NCBI GenBank assembly: GCA_000165425.1 | Contig: CT868010.1 | Location: 186,001 to 250,000 of the forward strand | Source of the DNA: Paramecium tetraurelia | Lineage: Eukaryota | Direction of reading: 5' to 3' | Length of the DNA stretch: 64,000 nucleotides | In this document: in pieces, positions 1 through 13,316 of the stretch | Layout: each line of letters opens with the position of its first letter | Numbering within the stretch: position 1 is the stretch's first letter | Made by a program: the position numbers and the translations under genes | The notes under the pieces: model-generated | Told to the model about the DNA's origin: nothing | The model's input: only the letters and a program-made list of their open reading frames with translations | The model's database searches: none

Positions 1-930
1 GTTATACCCATGCAACCATATTTGTTTAAATTCTGATTGCATTTCGCTTTCGAAATGTCATTGATTTCGTGACATATAGAATCGAAAATGCATAAAGCCT
101 ATGTAGCCACATGTGTGCTTATCTACCTAGTACACAATTTAACACTGAGATTTTAATCGCAACCCTACATTAGATCATCTGATATCCTGCAATATCGCTA
201 ATGCGGAAACCATCTACCTAAATGAACTAAATCTAATTATTATACAATATTCAGTTTTAGACGCTATGCATGTTTCGTAAGTGTTAAGTTGCCTACAAAT
301 ATCCAAGGAGTAAACTTAAGTTACGATCAATAATGTAAATAACATAATTTTTTAATTATTTTTTGTTTATTGCACAGATCACTCCATTACAATTTGCATA
401 ACCATCTCTCCATCAAACCAAGAATCAATAATTCTTTAAATGAGTATTCTGTACTATCGAACAGAGATTATAATTATATATGTTCATACACAAATTTATT
501 ATTCGATTATTCAAAATACTAATAACACTATGCCCTTGATGATACCCCAAATTACATCAGATGTCAAATTATCCACTGCTATTTTATAATCATTTTAAAT
601 TTCATTTTAATTCAGTCTCTCTTATATTTACTTCAACTAATCCGTGTTCTGAACAATCTTCATCCGCTTCTCTTGAGATTTGTGATTTGCATCTCTCAAT
701 TTCACGATGTAATCATTCTCCTCATTTATTTGGAAAGTCTCTATCGTAACTTGAGATTCAGAAATATGTGTGATATCTATCATCCTGTCTGTGCCCACTT
801 CCATTATCTCCTTCACGTAACATTCCGACTGAATGAGAATGACTTCCTTAGGTGATTCGAACTTTTGGATTTTCAAATCACATCCTAAGCCCAAGCAAAA
901 TAGTATTGAAATTAGCAATATGTTTTTCAT
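1..930 (-). CDS. Secreted/surface protein with signal peptide and Cys-containing C-terminal part; runs off the window edge
   Basis: ATG at 930, MKNILLISILFCLGLGC... hydrophobic leader; frame continues through TAG=Gln; 3' end not resolved. Confidence 0.6.
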
Positions 931-1008
931 TAATTTATATTATTCATGAATCAATTAAGTTATTCATGAAGGCATATGAATTTAAGAAATAATAAATAAT
1001 TTAAAAAT

Positions 1009-2770
1009 ATGGAGAAAACAGAAGCAGAAACATTCAAATAACCTTTGATTAATGAAACCAGCCAATAGTTTAGTGTCAAATCAAAACAAACAAGAAAAAA
1101 CTCTTAACTATCAATTTTGACTGAGCATTCAAAAATGGACACTCATTTATATGAGATACCAGATTTAACTTAGATAACTTAGAAGGTACTTTGTCGTTTG
1201 ATCGTTGTTTCAGTGGTTTGTATAATATTCCTGGTGGCTGAAGTAAGATAATTTAATCCTATAAAAGGTCATTGGAGGTATGTGGGCTTAGTCATTGGCA
1301 ATCCTATCAGATGCAGCTCATATGTTTTCAGATATGAGTGGCTTTTTCATATCCATATTCTCCATCTGGCTAGGACAGAGACCAGCTTCATAAAAGATGT
1401 CATTCGGATACCACAGAGCTGAAGTAATCGGAGCGTTGGGTAGTATCATATTGATATGGGGGTTGACAATCCTATTATTCTACGAGGCCACGGTTCGAGT
1501 GATTGAGGAGGCCATAGTTACTGACCCATTAATAATGTTGATTACAGCAGGATTTGGATTATTTTGTAATTTGGTTATGGCAAAAGTGTTGCACTCTTCT
1601 CCCACAGGAGGACATGATCACGGAAACATTATGCATCAATGTAGTGGACATAATCATGGTCATGGTCATGATCATGGCCATAATCACAATCATGATCATA
1701 GTCACGGGTCTGATGATGGTCACTCTCATGACAAATAGAAATAGCAGCAACAGAAGAAGAAGAAAAAGCTTAATATCAAATAAAAGAGACAACAAGTTAG
1801 TGAGAATGGAATCAGCATGTTGGTTGTGGAGCAAAGCATTGAATCAGAATCTAGTGAATAGAATTTAACTATCAAAGAAGAAAGCGAAAGTTCTTCTAGT
1901 TGTACAAGCAATTAATAATAAGATCTTGCATAAAAGTAAAAATAATAATCTCGTGAACACAATCATTCAGAAAATTGTGGTCATGATCATCAATAAATTA
2001 CTATTACACCAGATGTCGATAATAAAAAGGTTCAGAAATCATAAAAGAAGAAGGTTACAAAGGAAGATGATCATAGTGGTTGTCATGGAAAAGAACATAA
2101 TCATGAACAAGATCATAAGCATGAACATGAACATAATCATGAACATAATCATGAACATAAACATGATCATAACAATAAATCAAAAAAAAATAAATTAAAA
2201 AGTAAAAACCTAACTGAAATTAATGAACATGATAACTATAACCTTAAAGCTGCTATGATACATGTTATAGGTGATATTTTATAATCAATTGGAGTATTAA
2301 TTGCTGCCGTTTTGATATACTTATTTGGATAAAAGAAAGATGAAAATAATCAAATTGTTTTTACTTATTGGCAATATGCTGATCCTTTATGCACATATCT
2401 TTTTAGCATTCTTGTTCTCTTCACAACCTTTGGAGTTGCAAAAGAATGCTTAAGAGTTCTAATGGAAGGTACCCCATAAAGTAAATTATTTAATAAATAT
2501 TTAGATCTAATAATTGAAGAATTTAATGATTAATTAAAAGCTATTCACAGAGTTAAAGAAGTACATGATTTACATATATGGTCCCTTTCAGTAGGAAAGC
2601 CAGCAATGTCTGCACATATAGTATGTATTGAAAATCCAGAATATGTCCTCAGAAAAGCCACTAAATTATGCAGATAATTCGGAATCTATCATTCTACCAT
2701 ATAGATTGAGCTATATGACCGATAGGGAGCAAACGATTACATTAGGTGTAATCACAATATCCATAAATGA
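1009..2770 (+). CDS. Cation diffusion facilitator (ZnT/SLC30) zinc transporter with a very long His-rich loop
   Basis: SLAILSDAAHMFSD, SFGYHRAEVIGAL, NLKAAMIHVIGD, VHDLHIWSLSVGK motifs; two tiny introns; TGA 2768-2770. Confidence 0.95.
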
Positions 2771-4166
2771 AAAGATTGTTATAATCTGTATATTAGTTAT
2801 TGTTATAAATTATTTATTAAATTTATTTTTTGATTATTAGATATATTCAAATGATCAATTTTTATACTATTTCACATAAATTTTCCATCCTATAAATTAT
2901 TAAAATAGTATCATTAAGAGCTAAGTTTTATTAAAACTAATAGTAATTAAAGAATTACCTTGATAGCCTTATGATTAACAATTATTATATATGTTAGGAA
3001 TTTTAGAGCACACTAAATTAAATTTTTACTAATTTCCTTATATTTATAAAAATTTAATATTTCGAAATTTCACCATCGCAGTTACTTTAAGTTTACTTGA
3101 GAAAATAATAGAATTATTTCGGATTTTCCTAAATAAAATATTAATTAATTAAATTATTAATATCATAAAATTTTGAAACCAATGTTTTGTAGGTTTTTCT
3201 AAAAAAAGAATATGTCTTTAAAAATAACTGCATTTCAACAACTACTACAATTACTTATAGAATAGAAACATTTAGAATAAAAGTTTATAAATAAGATTTT
3301 TCAGCAATTTTGGCTTTGCTTATGTTGAGACACTTTGAGAGTTGTTTGTAATTTCTTGTTTCTAAAGAATTTATTGAACGTCTAAAAGTGTTCATCTTTC
3401 TGGATATCATAAGGCTATGAGTAATCGATTTAATCCTCAAATTGAACAAATCTAGAGGGGAAATATTTTTTCAATAATTTTTTACTTGACGATGCATAAG
3501 AAATGGCAGTTTTTATCACCTCTTCATTTTGAATAGGTTGTTTTTAACCTGGAAATCCCCTTGAATAGACATATATGATACCCATATCGAGCTTTATACA
3601 ATTATAGGAACTGGCTGGTAGAAGATTATTTATCATCTAATACTATTTTTTTGACTCTTAGATCCTAATTATCATCCCATATCTCAAATTCTTCATCTGA
3701 ATTTATCTGACTGTCTGTTACTGATGCTATGGACTGTCTGCAATGGATGTTAGTATATTTTTGTACAACATTTGTTGGCTAGATATAGCTAAACCTCTTT
3801 TAGATTTTTTCTTATTATTTTTAGTTCTACTTATTAAAGAGTAACACTTGAGACTCATCTATAGCGATTTATATTGATTTTTATGATTAATCGTAGTTTT
3901 ATGGATTTAATACTGAATGTCTATGAGGGTTTCATTTATTTATAAATTAAAATTAAATATATCTCTATTACTTGAATTGGGTCTTCTGGCAAATCAAATT
4001 GTATGTTTAATATTCTCAGTATTTGAGCATTTAAATAAGTAGCAAGGTTTATAACCAATTAATTTTGAAAGATCTATCCAAATTTTATTGATAAAACCCT
4101 TTCAATTATTTGTTTATTTTACAAGTAAGTTTAAGTTTTTATATAATTTATAAGTATTATTAATAT

Positions 4167-5068
4167 ATGGGCAAATTCACAAAAGACAAAAGAGTATAAA
4201 GAAATTCATCATATTCTAAATAAGTATTTTATAATATACCTACGACCTATATATTTATCACTATAACAGCACTTTTCACCATATTTAGGATATTTATTAT
4301 AGGAAAGCAAAAGAAGATTAATTTAGAGCCAGATCTGCCTATAAGTTATTACAGATAGATGATTCCTTCTAAATATTTAGATAAGTAGAGAGAGCAATTG
4401 ATTTATGTGCTGCACCTGGTAGTTGGTCATAAGTTTTGGTTAAAAAGTTGAGCGAAAAGAATTACCTTCCATCAGAAAGTTGTAGAATAGTATCAGTGGA
4501 TTTGCAAGAGATGGCTCCATTGGATCATGTCACATAAATTCAAGGAGATATAACCAAAAAAACGACTGTGGATGAGATCTTGAAAAAGTTCAATTATTAA
4601 AGAGCAGATATAATTGTTTGTGATGGAGCACCTGATGTCACAGGGTTTCATGATATTGATTATTACATTTAATCATAATTGATAGTTGCTGCATTAAACA
4701 TCTGCTTGATGACATTAAGAGAAAATGGAATTTTTGTTGCTAAAATATTTAAAGGCTCAGATATCAAATTGTTGTATTCACAGTTTAAATTGTTCTTCAA
4801 TTAAGTGTATTTTATGAAACCAAAATCAAGCAGAGCTTCAAGTGTTGAATATTTTATTATGTAAGATGTTGTTAATAAATTTAGATGTCTTCAATACACT
4901 CCCAAAATATAAACTCAGAATTTCCACCTCTATACATTTTTAAAAGAAATTGAAGAAGCAGAAAAATAGAAATAGGAAGAAATAATAGATAAAGAAACAG
5001 AGAACGAATAGTCCAAATATTACAAATTTATTACATGTGGAGATTTATCTGGATTTGATGAAAATTGA
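4167..5068 (+). CDS. TRM7: tRNA (Cm32/Nm34) 2'-O-methyltransferase, Trm7/FTSJ1 family
   Basis: MGKFTKDKR|DIYYRKAKEDQFRARSAYKLLQID, DLCAAPGSWSQV, CDGAPDVTGFHDID, KPKSSRASSVE; introns 4194-4288 (95 nt) and about 4861-4884. Confidence 0.95.
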
Positions 5069-5089
5069 GTATAAAATATAATTTCAGAT

Positions 5090-5383
5090 TCATTACTCCG
5101 CTTTAAAATATTTATTCATAATGTCTTTTAGAAGTTTGGGTTCTAATTTGGTGGGGATTTAAGCTTAAGGAGTTGAAGGAGTGAAAGATTCAATATTCGA
5201 TTCAGAATTAGTTTTCTAAATTGATTCTTTTTAGGTGGTTAGCCATCGTTAGTAATACTCATTTTTTTTCTTGACTTATTTAGTTTCTGAGGTTTATATT
5301 TAATCAACAGATGAAAATCTCTTTCTTTTCTGTATAGCTTTCATATGAAACCTATTATTCAATATTCCTAAGTCATTATTCAT
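5090..5383 (-). CDS. Hypothetical 97-aa protein
   Basis: Uninterrupted code-6 ORF MNNDLGILNNRFHMKAIQKRKRFSSVD...MNKYFKAEQ*. Confidence 0.6.
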
Positions 5384-5970
5384 TAGATATTAATATTATT
5401 ATTTTTAAAGTTTTTCTTATCATCAAATCAAATGTTTATAAAAACAATTGATAAGTTTATATAGATCTTGAAAATCTCTAATTATTTATTGTTATAATAA
5501 TGTTTAAAAGGTATGAATTGAATTATAGATAGAAATAAGAGATATTATTCATGAAATTATTTCTTCCTTTTAATGGATATAACAATATTAAGATCATAAA
5601 ATCCATTAATTCATATAAATATTTAATATACTTAATTGATTTCTCCCAAATTTAATTAATAGTAAAATTATACGAGAACGTGGTTGGGTACTAAAATAAT
5701 AATGATAATTATGTTAAATTTCTATCATCATGTATCATACCATTATTATCACATGAAATCATAGTATGATCAGGCTTGTATTTAATTGATGAATCATATT
5801 AAATATAAAATTATTTATAAATATAATACTTTATACTGTTAATTCAAATATGAGGAATAATAATAAAATTTAATTATTAATATTAATTGCAAAATAGCGA
5901 TTTAATGTTATATATACGATTTAAAAAAAAGGGAAATTGGGTAAAAAAAAAAACGAAAAATGCATAAGCC

Positions 5971-7628
5971 TCATTATTTTGATTCAAATTTGGTGAAGGC
6001 ATATTTGAATTTTATCTCTTTATTTTTTACTTTGGCCTAATCATCCTCAGTCTAATTTGTGGTATACAAATTATCGAAAGGGAGAGGATTATGGACGGAA
6101 GAATTATATATATTTGATAGTTGAGCGAGAAAAGCTTATCCCTTTTATAACTTTTTTTAATAGACTAAGTTAAATTGATTAAGTTACCTGAATTATATAT
6201 CTAAGTTGCTATTGGATAATAAGATTATAAAGCGTAAACGTTTTTGGACATGCTTGTGAGTGCATAGTATTTATCGCTTACTTTTAGAGCCTGAAATTCA
6301 TTGGTTGAGAATATTTAATTGTTTGACCATAAAGACAATACTTTAATTTGACCATCCAAATAATTTTGCCATTCTAGTTGTAATTGAGACAAGTTTTCTT
6401 GATCTAACAGTTAAATATAGTCAATAAAGTATTGCCTGCATTTTTCAGCCTAAGTGTTTTTGAGTTTGAATTTCTTTAACCCATCCAAAATCGAGGAATT
6501 AGATTAAATGATCATTCTCTCCTTAGGGGTGAGATGTGTGCAAAAAATAAACCAAGCCCTGGACAGAGTGTCCTCTTCTGTCTTGTATGATTGAGTGAGA
6601 TATCTTAAGAATACAGATAATTTTCTGATACGTAAGAGATGCTTACTGTGGTTTTCTAGATAATTAGAGATGATGAAAAATGAGTGATCTACACAATTAC
6701 ACCCTGTCCATCTGACACGGAATGGGAATTTTTTGACTCCTATTCCAATATCATCTCCAAAGGTCCAAGCTGGTTTGAGTGTCTTTCTCTTTTCTTTCTG
6801 CTTATTTTGTATGTCATATTCGATCTCAGACCTCATTTCACCATGATAACATTATTCCATGATGAGATTAATTTTTACTTTCATGCGATACTTTTGTCTA
6901 TCGTTCATTTGTTTAGCTCCAAATTTTTAGTAAAGCTTCAATCCTTATTCATCTGCTGATTCGCCAATTTGCAAGTATTTTTATTTGAAAATTTCAATTT
7001 CTTCATTGTATTACATGATTCGAATATAAGCAATTTTTGTGAAGGCCAAGTTAAATTTTAACAACAGCATATTGTGTTTGAACACCTGATTCTTCTCTTT
7101 TAAGTTAGATCCAAGATGGTTGATCTTATCTTATAGAAATTTGAGCTATTCAATTATTATTGGGATACAAGCAGTAATATCAATAATTGCTTTAAAATAG
7201 TCATTTAAAACTTCCCCAAACCATTGCAATTTTAAATCACCGTTAAGACCCAAATTGTAACTTAGATTGCGACCTAAAACTCATTTTCGAATCAAATACC
7301 ATCTTCTACTAGTTTGTAAAATACTCCATTGGCCTTGCCTTGACCTAAATTGCATATCGATACAAATCTTGTCCAAAATCCAAATGCATCAATCAAACTT
7401 TAATTTGCTGTAAGAGAAACCTAAACTAGATAAGTTTGTAACCTTTGTAATGCGGAATAGGATGATTCTATCACTTTCAACTTATTTATATAATAGATGA
7501 ACTTCCCTTATCAAATTGTTCACCACAAAAATCAATTAAGTGAGCTCAATTGATAAAGTTCCTGTTTTCAAAAATTGATAATCATCAAAAGCCAAAGCCT
7601 TAGTCTCTTCAGAGGAAACGCACCCCAT
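5971..7628 (-). CDS. Hypothetical protein with N-terminal MGCVSS (myristoylation/palmitoylation) motif
   Basis: ATG 7628 MGCVSSEETKALAFDDYQF...; long code-6 reading frame including the 6504-6836 ORF; stop placed at 5971-5973, internal introns not fully traced. Confidence 0.7.
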
Positions 7629-8133
7629 ATTTTATTATTATTTATGCTATATCTCACATCAATAAATAAAATTTCACTATGGATTTATTAAATTGTCATT
7701 CAAATCTTACTATATTATGTTATTAAGACATGTGTGAAAATATCATTAAAATTTATACAACTCATTACTTAAATTATAATCATACTAACTGTCCAATTTA
7801 ACATTATCACTTAACAATATTATATCATAATAATAATACAAAAAAAAACACGTTTAATCAGTTAAGAAATAAATCAAAGATCACGAATTGAAATTGTCTA
7901 TCCATCCTCAACAATTAGCGATACATAAGACAAACACCAGGTTGTTGAAATTATGCACCATCCAATATGAATCATATTAATATTATTTTAGTAAAATGCT
8001 CATAAATAGCCATAATTATAAGTGTTTTCAATTATGACGTTGTGAACTAACTAATTCCTTAAATTAGCCATTACTTATCTGTTAATTGCTAGATTATTTT
8101 ATAATTAATATTAATAATTATACACATATCATT

Positions 8134-8549
8134 TCATTACTATTTTTTACCCTCTTCTCTCTATTTAATAATCTCCATGGTTTCTTTTCCGAAATACGGA
8201 AAAATGACATTAGTCTTACTAATATTTTACATATATAGTCTTGCAAGATTGCTCTCTTTTGAGTCCTTCTGAACAAATCTCTCAAAGTCCTTGTTTAGAT
8301 TGTAATGGAAAATCATTAGACAAGAGATTACACTGCCAAATCTAACCTTAAACATTAGAGGTAATCAAATACTGCATTTTTCAAGACACTTTATCTGAAG
8401 ATATAGTACACATTCACTAGGGAAGGTACAAACACCAAAGCTAATGTTGAATAGAGAGAGTTTCTAAAATCCTATTCCAAAGAATTTCTAGTATAGACTT
8501 TCCATAATTAAGTATAATTTTCTAATTCTCTCTTATAATCTTCTTACAT
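8134..8549 (-). CDS. Small hypothetical membrane protein
   Basis: MQEDYKRELENYTQLWKVY...YSTLALVFVPSLVNVYYIF hydrophobic segment; one tiny intron. Confidence 0.6.
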
Positions 8550-8820
8550 TATTAAATAATAATATTAATAAATATTTAATTATATATCATAATAACAATT
8601 TGAACTCCAATGGACATCTAGTCTAATATATATAATTATTTTAGTTATTAAGTTATGCTTCATTTTTTGAGACGGATTTTCATGCTTCATTTTTGACTGC
8701 ATGTACTAATTGCAGTACACTTGTAATTAGGGGTAACATTTGCATGGTTACATCAACATTAGAATTTCGATGTAGTAATTAATTAATTAAAGAAAGTTAT
8801 ATAACATTAATTTATTAACG

Positions 8821-10432
8821 ATGAAACAAATTTAGATAAATTTCTCTGATCTCAATGATGATGCCAAGAAAAAGTACATTAAATTTTTTGCAGAAAATCA
8901 TATAAGTGTAGAAAACCAACCATTAAAGAAATCTTCAATGCCCCAATAACAGCGTGCTAGATAATTTAGTACATTGAGTGATATTGCAAATAGCAAGGCT
9001 TTCACTCCTGCGAGTAATTGCTTTTATTTATTTAGGAAGAGTCGCAGAAATAGGTTTCTCAGCACATTAAGACGGATCATTCAGTTGGAGCCAAATTCAG
9101 TGATTTGGAAGAGACATACCCAAAAATAATGAACAAAATATCAAATAAGGATCTATTATCAAGGCCTTTGAAATTAAGTTTCAATGAACTCAGTCTCCTG
9201 ATAGAAGAAATATATTAAAAGAAGTTCATTGAAGATTCTAATCAAATTGCCAAGAATTAGAAAGTTTAAGAATTAGCTTTTGTTGATTATGTCTACGAAT
9301 TCCTATTAAATAAATTTAAGCATTCTAAAAACCAAGTAAGAGTAGACTTATTTTAGTAAATAATCAATTTCTTGGCATCTGTTGATTTGCATGCCTTAAA
9401 AAGGAAGGATGTGAATATTTTCTAGTAATTTTTGAAATTCAATAAACAAGAAGTATTGACATTTTACTTGTTTACAAGGGCGGTTATTTAGAAGGAATTG
9501 AAATTATCATTCTATCATCGTAAGTTATTTTTGTTATATAATTATTAAAGCACTCAGAAAGCAAGGGATAGATAGCAATCAATTGCAATTAAATTAAAAA
9601 TAAGTTCAATCAATTTCGTTACTTTTATATGGGTCATCGGATAAATATTAGGAATTTAAGAAATACATTCCTGCCATTGGTAGTATATCCGTAAGTGAAT
9701 TTTCGTTTGCAGCAATCTTGATTTACGAAGCCCAAAACTAAACAATTAAGCAAAGACCATTTCAACAATAACCAAGATCATTATCACCTCTTCAATTCGC
9801 CAGTTATACTGATACCTTCGAATAGAGACAACCTGATTCTCCTTTGTTTATGCAATCAGAAACCACTGTAGAGAATAATAAATAGTAAAATGAAACATTC
9901 TTCTCTTCTGTTGTTGTTTAGAGTGTTCATAGTCAAAAGAAACCACGATGGAAAGTGCAAATAAAGTTTCATCGAATGCCAAGTGCTGTTAACAATGTGT
10001 AAAAACTAATTAATGAGAAATTGGAAACAAAATTATCTGATTTTATTGAAGAAATGTTATCAGAAATGGAAGAATTAACAGATGATTAAAAAAAATAATG
10101 TGTAAGTGGCATAGAGGAAAGAATCGTTGATACAGTGGCTATTCTTTTGGAGGCGATCTATAAATTCGATAAGTTGTTGTGGTATAATTGATAAATTTAT
10201 AAAGGTTCAAGAAATTGAATAAATAGCCAGATGAAGTTGGATTGGAGTATATAGAGAATTTGCAAAAGCTCTATCGATCCTTAGTTAAGGCAAAACAGCC
10301 CTTGGATGATCAATTGGAACAGCTTTGTCAACAAATGATGCAAGTAAATATTTAATTAATAATTTAAAGACTCCAGATTTGGCGAAATAAATAGGAAATG
10401 AATTATTGCAATACTTCTATAATTGTGAATGA
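8821..10432 (+). CDS. Hypothetical protein (multi-intron)
   Basis: ATG 8821 MKQIQINFSDLNDDAKKKYI...; several GT-AG micro-introns; TGA 10430-10432. Confidence 0.7.
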
Positions 10433-10453
10433 TACTTAATAATTAAATATAAA

Positions 10454-11106
10454 ATGTCATTAATGAATTGGGGTAATCCATACAACTGGGGTGCTGCAGA
10501 TTGGTAATAGGCTACTTGGGGTGAGAGATTCATGTTCATTGATCCCTACTTCTGGAGGTAATGAATAAATTCAATCCCCAATTTTAGTTATTTCGGAGTA
10601 GGTTTGGCTTTGGCTACATCAATCATCGGAGCGTCATGGGGTATATTTGTCACTGGTGTTTCATTGTTGGGCTCTACTGTCAAAGCACCACGTATTCGAT
10701 CTAAGAATTTGATTTCTGTCATCTTTTGTGAAGCTGTCGCTATTTATGGTGTAATTATGGCCATCATTATGATTGGAAAAATTCAAACCATCGAATCATA
10801 CCCAGATGGTTAACAAGATGAATGCTACACAACTGCACTTTTTAATGGTTATTCCTTGTTTTGGACAGGAGTTTCTGTTGGATTGTCAAACCTAATTTGT
10901 GGGTAAAACTTGATAACGATATCTCTTATAGTATTGCAGTTGGTGTTACTGGATCAGGCTGCGCTATTGCTGATGCCCAAACTCCAGAAACTTTTGTTAA
11001 AATTTTAGTCGTTGAAATCTTCGGATCTGCTCTAGGATTATTTGGAGTCATTGTTGGAATCATCCAGTGTTCAGGAGCAACTTTTCTTAAGAATTGTACC
11101 TCATGA
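10454..11106 (+). CDS. VMA16: V-ATPase V0 proteolipid subunit c''
   Basis: [41 protein letters not shown] and [23 protein letters not shown]; two tiny introns. Confidence 0.95.
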
Positions 11107-12622
11107 TATTGCATATTAAAATAACATATATAATATATATAATTATTCTATGTTTTAACTTTGATAATTTTAATTTTAATTAAATAATTCGATTTAACAT
11201 TAATATGAATAACTAAAATAATAATATTGACAATAATAACGAAAAAATCACAGATAGTATTTTCAATTACTATCAAGACTCCTTTTTCAATCAAACCATC
11301 AACATCATAAGAAAAAACAAAAAAGTTGAGAAAAAAATCACAATCTCCATATGTGGCACTCCTTTATTTAATTGATATTTATATTTAAATGTTTAACTAA
11401 TTTATCTAACTTTAGATAACACTTTAATCATCAACAAATAAAATATAATTAAATTAAATCTCTTTTGTTGTTAAACTAATCCGTTTTCAACTAGTATTAT
11501 GTACAACAATTTTAGATTTATTTTATTGAATCTATCCTATTGAATGAATATCAAAAACCCACCAAATTATTGGAAGCATTGCTCATTAGCAGGTAAAAAT
11601 AAAAAATGGGGTTATGAGATTTTGGATGACAAATTGATACTTGTACTAAGAAAATTGGAATTTATTTTTCATTTTCAAATTAATTTTTACTTAGATTGTT
11701 ATTACTAATAAATAGCTTTAATTTTATGTTAAATAATCTTTTCGAAGCACAAAATTTTATGAGCGAGAATTTAATTAGTAAAATACACTCTTAAATTTGA
11801 TGAAAGAAACCGACTAAACTTATTTTCCTTATTTTCATTTAAATGAAATCATAAATAATTTACAATAATGAATTAAAAACTTAAGTTTCTTAATTGAATT
11901 TCAATGATAAAACTGTTGTAAAATCTTTCAGGTAAGATAAATACTTTGCCATATTTGACTTTCGGTTTGATTTAGCGTATCTAGCATGATCCAATTAATA
12001 TACATGTGAAATAATTGAAATCAATAAAAAACGGTATAATTTTCATATGTAATAATATCAACTAAGTGATTTTTTTTCATAGATATTGATAACGGTTTGA
12101 ACTATTTTTTTGTAATTGAAAGAAAACAGAAAATTTATATTATTAAACAAAATTATTTTGTCTTCATATGACAAGCCCTTTTCTAATAGATCATAAATAA
12201 AAATAATATATTATATTTTGGGTCTTTATTTCATATTGGTGTCACTGTTATTTTCCCACACTTGCTTTATGAATAATGTTGTAATATTTTTGTTTAGTTT
12301 GTTTGAAGTAAAATAAGAGAATATTCTTCATTGTCCACATATAACTTTAATTGGGATTTTACAAACGATAGCCCACATCTAAAATGGAAAGGAGTGGCAG
12401 AATAATACAAGGATAATAATAACGAGTATGAATTATATAAATTTAAAATGTTAATTTTCTTATAATTTCTGTGGAAAGGATGTAAGGTATTAATAATCAA
12501 TCGGTTTGCGATTTAGATTTGATCATATTAATTATAATTGTATAGTATATTTTTATGGGATTTAAAGTTGATTGAGTGTAATGAATTCTGATTTAATAAA
12601 AATATTAAATAAATCATCACAC

Positions 12623-13294
<672 letters not shown>

Positions 13295-13316
13295 AATTAA
13301 GATAAATTATTAAATA

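Noticed and set aside
3290..4140. Minus-strand coding-like sequence upstream of TRM7
   Set aside because: I could not join the frames with valid introns or find a consistent start; it may be a degenerate gene.
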